This document shows, piece after piece, positions 55,773 to 64,000 of a DNA stretch of 64,000 nt. Location of the stretch: NCBI GenBank assembly GCA_000320545.1, contig ADNK01000425.1, forward strand, positions 1-64,000, written 5' to 3'. The DNA is from Bigelowiella natans CCMP2755 (lineage: Eukaryota; Protista; Cercozoa). Position numbers and translations under genes: made by a program. The notes beneath the pieces are model-generated. The model saw nothing but the letters and a program-made list of their open reading frames with translations, ran no database searches and had not been told where the DNA came from. Each line of letters starts with the position of its first letter. Position 1 is the first letter of the stretch.

Positions 55773-58678
55773 TTAATTTACTTTGATTTCGGGCATCATC
55801 ATCTTAGTTTTCCTATTTTTGCCTCCTCCTCCTACATTCTTGCTGGTGGCGACCACATTTGCACGCCAATGCATAAATTGTCGAGTCTTCCTCTGGTGAC
55901 AGGGGATGCAAAGAGTTTGGTAGTTCTCCATGCCACATTCTCCACCTGAACGCGCAACCTCCAAAATGTGGTCTGCCTCCCAGAATAGACCTTCTGTGAT
56001 TTTTCTCTCATTATCTACCAATCGTTTGAACCTCTTCCTCCCAATTGCAGAAGGGTTGTACCCCGCTGCATACAACACTTTCTTGCGATCATCGATCCCT
56101 ACGGAGGAGGAGGAGGAGGAGGAGGAGGAGGTAGGAAAAACGGTCGTTGGTTCGTCCAGATGGATGATGGTAATGATGATGATGATGATTACGATAAAGC
56201 CAGCATCGACACAACCGAATGAGCTACTACTACTTAAGTCTGAATTTGCACTACTACTACGACTACTACTACTACTACTACATGAATGAAGCAATGATGG
56301 CATGTTGATGTATCAATCACCACCTTTAAGTGCCTCAACGAGGTGAAATAACTTTCGACAATCGGTGTTACAACTCTGGCAGATGCCCTCTTCGAGGTTG
56401 GAGAGACGCGCACGCACAAGACTTGAAGTGCCAACACGGAGAGTGTATTCTGAGTAGCAATCACGAGAACATAGCATTTCCCTCAATCGCTGAATGTCAC
56501 TCCTCCTCCTCCCCCTTTGACTCTTCGGCTGCTTGCAACACTGGTGGGGAGCAGTCGTTGGCAAGCTGTTCTGCAACGGATTTCGACAGTAGAGGCAAAG
56601 ACGTGTGTTATCGGGAAGCACGATCTGGGATCTTATTACCCCGTTTGCGAAGACAATCTATGCAGTCATTATAGAATCAACACAGCGACGACGACACAAA
56701 TTAACAAATTATCTAAGTAGTAGGAACATTTTAGAATTAGATGATGATTCTATAAAGATTAGTGGTGGTGATTCATTATCGTAAACTCCATCTCACTGTT
56801 GGAATGACAAGCTTATAATTGCCATCATCTTTTTCGCAATTTCGTGGCTATTCCTCGCCACTTTTGAAACTATAATCACCATTATCACTCAATATTACTT
56901 ATCACCAATATCATTCATTACTACTTGCTCGATTCTGCCATCCTCAGGTGCATTTTCGATGAAACTTTGGTGTGATGCCCAACGCCTTTTACTTCCCCCT
57001 CCTCCCCCTTTTCGAAATAACGGCTCTTTTGCAAACTTAGCAGCTGCTACGGAGATAACTTGAATATCCAGAGGTAGGTATAGAACTTTGCCTGTAAGTC
57101 TATGCTGCCAAATTGGCTTCAAGCTATCCCACTCCACAACAAACTGGAACACCAAATTCTTCAATTCTCCCCAGCGACACCGAAGAGAATGTGAAAGTAC
57201 TGAAGGAATCCATTCTTCCTTAGCAGTGCTTGCCGTATTGCTGCATTTTACCAACATTTCTTTGCCCTCGTTATCGCCTGTTACAGAAACAAAACACATT
57301 TATTCTGTGATTTGAAACACACCATACACACACACACACATACAACACGTGTATGGATAGTTCGTGTTGTGCGTCGCGTTTAAATGCAAACTTTAATTTG
57401 CATATTATTACCAACGGCTTCCTGCTGTTTATCTGCCTCTCCTGCTGCTCTGGATCTTATTTCCTCAATATTCACGCTCCCAAGGCATCGGTTTCTGCTG
57501 TCACACACGTGAAGTCTTCCAGAATGTTGCGATACAACAAATCTAATGCAACACTTGCCAGCTCCCGCTGAAGAAGATGATAAGGATGAACCAGGATAAT
57601 ACATAGGAGGAGGAGGAGGAGGAGGAGGAGGAGGAGGATGGTGGTGGTTGTTTTTACCAAAATCGTTGACTAATATTCTTCTTTTGCATTTGCCTCTCTC
57701 CTCCTTGAAGGAGAAGGAGTAGGAAGAGTATCTATTCTTTCCAGTGTTGTTGTCGTCGTCCTCTTCACCATCATCAACGGCATTTTCTTCCCCGTTATTA
57801 TAACCATCTTTTTGTATTTGTCCTTCTCCATCACCGTTATTACTATCACAAGAGTCTTTGATAGAAGCAGCAACAATATCAACATAATTGACCATGTCCT
57901 TGATAGATTGAACGCGGAAATCCTGTGAATCACCACCGTTTGTGCACCTTGAGATGTTGGTAGATTTATGTAAGATCTTCCTCCACATGACCTCATCCTT
58001 ACTCCCACGTGCACAGACGTAATGCATATTACAGACTGCTGCGTGCTTCTTCTTCTTCTTCTTAATGTGCTGCTGCTGGCAACTGCTGGTGTAACGATGG
58101 ACACGGTCTTCGGCTTGTACCTTCACACCAAAACACGTACGTAGCAGCAGGCAGCAGAACAACACCACCCATGTTATTATTATCATTAGTAGAAGTATTT
58201 GTGTATCATCAAGTATTATCGATAATGTCCATGAATATTGTGACAACTTACAAGCTCCGAAGGCGTCCACATCAGCTCACCAAAAACTACATCAGATGCG
58301 ATCGATAGGTTTAATCCTGAAATAAGTGAAAAAAGTCATCATGCACTTCAACGGTAGCAAGCATTTAGACACGCCGCCCTCTCTCTAAATTATAAAAGGG
58401 AAACTAGTACCCCTCCTCGTACTACTCATACTACTAGTACCCGTTCCCATAGCCTTGATGCTTAGCACTGCAACCCTGGTGACCTCATCATTCTCAAATT
58501 TCTTCAGCAGCCGATGCCTAGTGTCTGCTGGAGTGCAACCCTTAAGGCAAACCTACATACAATTATAACGATAATAATAATTAATAATGATAACAACACT
58601 TCAACACACCCAATAACAATTAGATTAATACACCATGCATTCTTTTTAGTACAGACATACATGTTGACTCTGTGCTAT

Positions 58679-58714
<36 letters not shown>

Positions 58715-58921
58715 GTACCAAGTCCTCCTTTCCTTCTCTATGCTTGTAGAAGTATGTCCGCAAACAATCACGAATGCGGTCTATCACCGAGATGTGAAAC
58801 GCAAAAACTACGATTTTTGTATTGGATCTACGCTCTTTCTTATACAGCAATTTGACTATGTAGCTGACCACAAAAGGGATCTTTGCTATCCCCACTGATT
58901 CCCAGTCAGTAAGCATACTAT

Positions 58922-58954
<33 letters not shown>

Positions 58955-60755
58955 AGCAAAGTTGTGGTTGTTGGTGTTCCCACTGGCTGCTTTTGCTTCT
59001 CGAACAATGAGCTTGTTCAATGTTGTTGTTGTTGTTGCTGTTGTTACTATTGAAACCACCAACACAACTACCATTATCACTGCCAGCACCATCAATTTTC
59101 CAATTACTACTATCACAACTAAAAGGAGGACAGTCGCTGTCCATGACCACCCGCGACCTCTTGGACATTCTCATCATTGTTCTGTTCTCCTGCCTGTTGG
59201 CCCCCTGCTGCTGCTTCTTATTGGGGATGTTTGCGGTAATGTTATTTTTATCATTATTATCATTATTACTATTACTTTTATTAGGGTTAATAGAAACACG
59301 AACTAGGATCCTGTTTTTCACCGGCAGTGAATTTGCCATAACATGCTGCTTAAGTCGACGGACGAGACACGCGTCGGTGAGAAAATTGTAGAGTTCCGCC
59401 AATCGCTCTGGAAGGCCAAGCCCCCACTGCCACTGACTCGTGCCGTTTGGCAGCCGAAACCAATACTTGGAACAAAAATAGTCACCAAAAGCCTCATGTG
59501 TCTTCCAACGCGTTTGGAGTTTGTCCGGGCAGAGAAGAGCGAGTTGGTAATAGAGATCAATAGGCCTGTCTAGGCAAGGTGTTCCAGATAGCAATAGTAC
59601 TCGTGGAGGAGAACCAGCCCTCTGTCTTTGCCACCGCTGCTCTAATGAGAGCTGTGGTATTGGTAGTTGCCCTATCGTTGTCAAGGGATCCATCACACGT
59701 CCGAACTTTTCGCCATCTATTCTCTTATGAGGAAACAAAGCGTCCAAATCTCCTTTCCTCCGCTGAATCTCTACCATATTTGCACAATAATGTGACAGAT
59801 GAGTGAGATCATACTGATCGACTCATACTTACTATAACTATCGATTAAAAGATGCGAACCAGGTAAGAGTCAAATGGATATTTTTTGAGAGTTTTGAACA
59901 AATGAATATTTTTTAGTTTCTTTTGCGAGAGAAAGGAAAAGGCTTCACTACTTTGATGGTATTTCTTTGAAGCAGGTGAATGACTGCTCGCCCTGGACGG
60001 TATGAGCGAACTATCGTCATCAAGAGTAAACTTATCGCGCGGCAATCTAACCTGGGGTCATAACGCACATGGATGGGAGGAAGCAGACAGAATAATATTT
60101 GTTATGATGAGGACACTGTCTGCAGTTCTCAATCATTCCGTTCCTAAAAGAGGCTACCAGCTGGAAGATGGCCTTCGTGCGCTCACTCCATCGTTTAAGG
60201 TTTTGAGATTCATCTACAATGATGAAACCCCACCCGACTCGGCGAATCTCACGCAAACATGAAACTAAGTAATAGTTTAACAATAGTACTCACTAAAACT
60301 ACTTCTGAGACACGAATCAATCAACGTCTCTAGTCAGTCCTTTCTAATGTGAATTGTGCTCTTCTAATAGTCTAGAAATCCCATCAAAAATTTAACAATT
60401 CATAAACCTCACTCCCCCATCTTTCCCCTCTTCTTGCCCGCCTCTTCTAATTGACGTACTAAGCATTCGGTAGCTGATAATGCAGACTCTAACTCCCGGT
60501 TCTACTGTATCCGCGTGTGAACTGAAAACTTGAATGTCGTCGGTTGGATGCAAGTAATGCAACCAAGTCTCAAGCTGAGTAAAAAAGTCGAAGTGAAGTC
60601 AACTTATGAAAGCATCGACTCGCTGCTGATAAAGCTTTTCTCACGACCTGTTCTGCCCAAGTCTTCCTTACTGAAGCTGGGCATACAATTAACAACGGCC
60701 AGTCTGACCTTGGAAGGAAGTATAAATGTATCCACACACATACACACACACACAC

Positions 60756-60817
<62 letters not shown>

Positions 60818-61655
60818 TTGTAAATTTACGTTCGTCATCTTGCTGTAATCATGATGAGTCATGTTAGATGATGAAAATTATGTTTCTTGTGTAACAGACA
60901 TTCACATTATCCCTGCTAAAAAATTATTCAAGACAAACATAAGTTTCTACGATAAATTCTATCCGACTACTTATAAATTGACGCCACAGCCAGTGCCTCC
61001 AGAGTCTTTCCTAACCCCATATCATCTCCAAGAAGGGCATTTCCATTAAACTTTGAGACTATGCGCACGATGCCTATTCGGGAGAGGGAAGAGAATGGGG
61101 GAAAATATACGGTTTCCTAATATCGTGAGAAATTTACTATATGCAATTAGGTGCCATACAGTTACTAAAATTGTGTGGTTTGAATTTATTTAAAATACTT
61201 AAAAGAATGGAGGGAGTAAAGAATACGCAAAACGTATCATAATACCTTCTAGTTGAAACGAAAATAACGTTCTGAATAGATGGATCTGGAAGATAATGAG
61301 CGAAACAGCAAAAAAGAATATCACTAATGCAATAAAAAGTTAAAAGTATTGACTTAAATACTGGAATCGCATTCTCCGGAAGGCCGTGGGTGTGGAGGAC
61401 ATTCAGCATTTGTTTCCTTGTGTCTTCGAGGTTTTTATTCACTTTGGATTGAGACTTTCTCTGGATGATTTCGCTCTTTTTTGAAACGAAAGCATGTCCA
61501 TCCAGCGAACAACCTTCAAAGCCATTATTTGGTTTTCGATCAGTCGATCGTCGATATTTATTACCTGGACGGATTCGCTTTCGTCCAGGTGGCTTCTTCG
61601 GTGTTCTAGAACAGTATGGCTTCTTCATGGAACTAGCTTCATACTCGAGTACCAT
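55773..61655 (-). CDS. ZRANB3: ZRANB3-like SNF2 annealing translocase with C-terminal HNH endonuclease, multi-exon
   Basis: LLGDDMGLGKT, PLLIVCPAS, IIVDESQ, LLLSGTP, LVRRLK, KIVVFAFH, AVLSIKAMGTG/LNLSIAS, ELMWTP/VQAEDRVHR, an SRD-like IRFVVSQHSGRLHV segment, and FWEADHILEV...CGMENYQTLCIPCHQRKT (HNH). Confidence 0.92.
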
Positions 61656-62438
61656 GTCTTGATCAATTTCCTCTAATCATGCAGTAAAGCGAATATAAAT
61701 GAGGAGTTTGCGCGGAAAATGGTAAGGAGTCACGGTTTTTTTTTACGATGGAATCTTGCAGATTCATCAGGGGCGCAAGCTGTACTCCTTTTGTGGTGCT
61801 GTTTCAAACCCCTAGTCGTTGAAAAACGACGCAGGCAAACAGAGCAACGAACAGCCTGACAATTATAAGTTGTATTTAGCCAAAGCGTATGTCTTTTCTT
61901 TTACAATCATTTCAACATTCTTCTCCAGACCTTCCTCTTCATAGCGATGTTCCCGGATCCAGTTCTTTAGTTACAAGCAAAATCGAGGCATATAACGGAT
62001 GGAACATGGTACACGTACGACTATTGCCAGGCTCACCTCACAAATAAGGAACAAGGTAGTTTCTCGTGGCTTGCGTGGAATCAGAAGCAGCAGAGAAGGG
62101 GAAGGAGAGGAAGGCCTTCTTCCTCACATTGTGGGTAATGAAACGACTGTACGTATCAAAAGTATTTTGTTTGTTGTTTTCATCTTTTTAAGTATATTTA
62201 GATATTTATGGTTTATTTTATAGCCCATTCACTTGATTTCCGATCAATTTTCTCCATCATTGACAAAGAGACAAAAAAAAGCTACTGTGCACATAGCCAT
62301 CCAGGTTAGGGTTTTAATTGGGGCTTGTTTAGTTACTATATTCGGCAAATCGGATCCATTTTCACAATGCGACTACTAATAAGAGAGTTAATTAAGTAGG
62401 ACTTGCTCAGATTCAAGTTAGGTTAGCTGCCGGCAATA

Positions 62439-63272
62439 ATGCCTTCCAGCAGACCCCTGCCCCTGGTGTACTTTACAATTGCTATTTTCTTTGCAACTGC
62501 AACTGTTCTACTTATTTCCAACAATGATATTGGAAGTGCGCTTGGTCTCTCAGCAATAAGAAGTGAAATTAAGGCGCACGCATGGAAGGGAACGCATGTA
62601 TGCAAGACAGTAAAGACTCAGAAATTTGGAAGCCTATATCGTCTCGCGGACTATGCAAGGCTGAACAGGCTGAAAGCTAAGCAGTATGACACTGAGGAAG
62701 AGCGATTAAAGAACTTTGTGCTCCCAGAAGGAGAAGAAAGGCTTAAAGTATGGAAACTTTTGGGAAATCTAAGCGATCTGGTTTGACTTGATATAACTGC
62801 AGAGTGATCTCCGTGCCACGGCTGAGGAGAGAATCCGGGATGTAATTGGAGAATTGAAAGAAGAAACTGTAAGTAAATTAATATGGTAAAGTATCTCCTG
62901 AGATGGCACATGGAGCGAGTGAAAAAATGAATGATGTCTCTCCTCAGGATGGTGATATACTAACCCCGGAAGGATTCCAGAAGCTAAGGGAAAGGATTAA
63001 GCAGTAATTCACTTCATAACATTTCTCAACCCTGTCAAAATCTAATCTGTGATATATCACTAGGGAGTCCAAAGAACTTCTAAATAGATCTTTTGACGAA
63101 GCCAAGACGAATGTATACTTTTCTGTAGTTTCTATCTGGAGAACACTAATTCATCTGCATGCAATTAGCTTCGGAATGAATTCAACGAAAAGCTGGATGC
63201 AATTGAAGAACAACGAAGGTGGGTACTTTTTGACATACCAAATACTCCAATACTTATAAAACACACACGCAA

Positions 63273-63320
<48 letters not shown>

Positions 63321-63460
63321 TGTGAGTGTGTGCTCACACATACATATGTTGTCATTTGTGATCCCTGGCAGGGATCAAAGACAGAAAAACTTAGAATGGA
63401 TCGAAAAGCAGAAGTTGAAGGTCATCTTAAATGTAGAAAATGAGGAGGAAATGTGAACAG
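62439..63460 (+). CDS. Hypothetical protein with bipartite (signal + transit-like) leader and helical body, multi-exon
   Basis: MPSSRPLPLVYFTIAIFFATATVLLISNN hydrophobic leader followed by a basic stretch; short GT-AG exons (SDLRATAEERIRDVIGELKEET; DGDILTPEGFQKLRERIKQ; LRNEFNEKLDAIEEQR). 3' end approximate. Confidence 0.55.
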
Positions 63461-64000
63461 TGCGCTAACAATAAAAGATCATGAAGGACAAATTGAAAAA
63501 TATCATGGAGGACAAATTGAAACCGGCGATCATGTTTTTTTGGCTCATACATATTACCTTACAAGGATGATGAAGAGCTGGATCGGTTGTATCGGGAGAA
63601 AATAGAACCTTTGAAAAAAGATCGAGAAGAAATACAAGTACACGACCTTCATCATTAATTATAGAGATCCGATAGTTTCCCCTATTCTTTGACAAACGAA
63701 AACACACATATTGTCAGGAATTAGTTGAAGAATTACGCGAAGAACAAGAGTCAGCATCTCGAAATGTTGGATTATTCTTCCAAAATCTATACGGTCCAAA
63801 CAGCACTCCAAGGAAGGATAAGGTGATTGCATCACTAAACTGCTTTGGATTCGTCTCCCGCGCATCCACACAATTAATAAGGATGAAAAGAGAACTTTTA
63901 TTTTTCTGTCCACCAGTATTTTGTTTGGTGATGCTGTTCACTTTGCTCTCAGGCAGTAAGGCCCCAATCGGTAGAGACAGGAAAATTGAAATTTTTAGAG

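Noticed and set aside
63465-64000. Possible 3' end of a minus-strand gene at the right edge
   Set aside because: Three overlapping ORFs in different frames with no motif; the frame cannot be chosen without the adjacent window.

Overview
Eukaryotic nuclear DNA that is gene-dense and intron-rich, with short GT-AG introns and very many microsatellites. I find about 20 protein-coding loci, mostly alternating in strand; exon chains were assembled by eye, so gene ends and some splice sites are approximate. Recognisable products are a PP2C phosphatase, an SDR oxidoreductase, a NEK kinase, WDR83/MORG1, a MOC1-type Holliday junction resolvase, an Acl4-like TPR protein, a degenerate prolyl-4-hydroxylase-like 2OG-Fe(II) protein, an EF-hand protein, CYRI/FAM49, a C2H2 zinc-finger protein, a MazG/DR2231-like NTP pyrophosphatase, a PPPDE/DeSI-like peptidase, a ZC2HC1-like protein and a ZRANB3-like SNF2-HNH translocase. 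Several proteins have signal-peptide plus transit-peptide-like leaders. Together with a green-lineage MOC1, this suggests an alga with a complex green plastid, most likely a chlorarachniophyte (inference, not confirmed). The most notable observations are: (1) a recurring class of palindrome-rich, homopolymer-poor intergenic blocks lying downstream of gene 3' ends, mostly between convergent genes; (2) an intronless, bacterial-like MazG/DR2231 protein built from 1.5 repeats with complementary motif loss, suggesting a single-chain pseudo-dimer; (3) a dispersed retroposon-like 3' tail with a cUUCGg hairpin and (TAAC)n end, one copy of which carries a PIF/Harbinger-type MITE. No rRNA, tRNA or CRISPR array was recognised.
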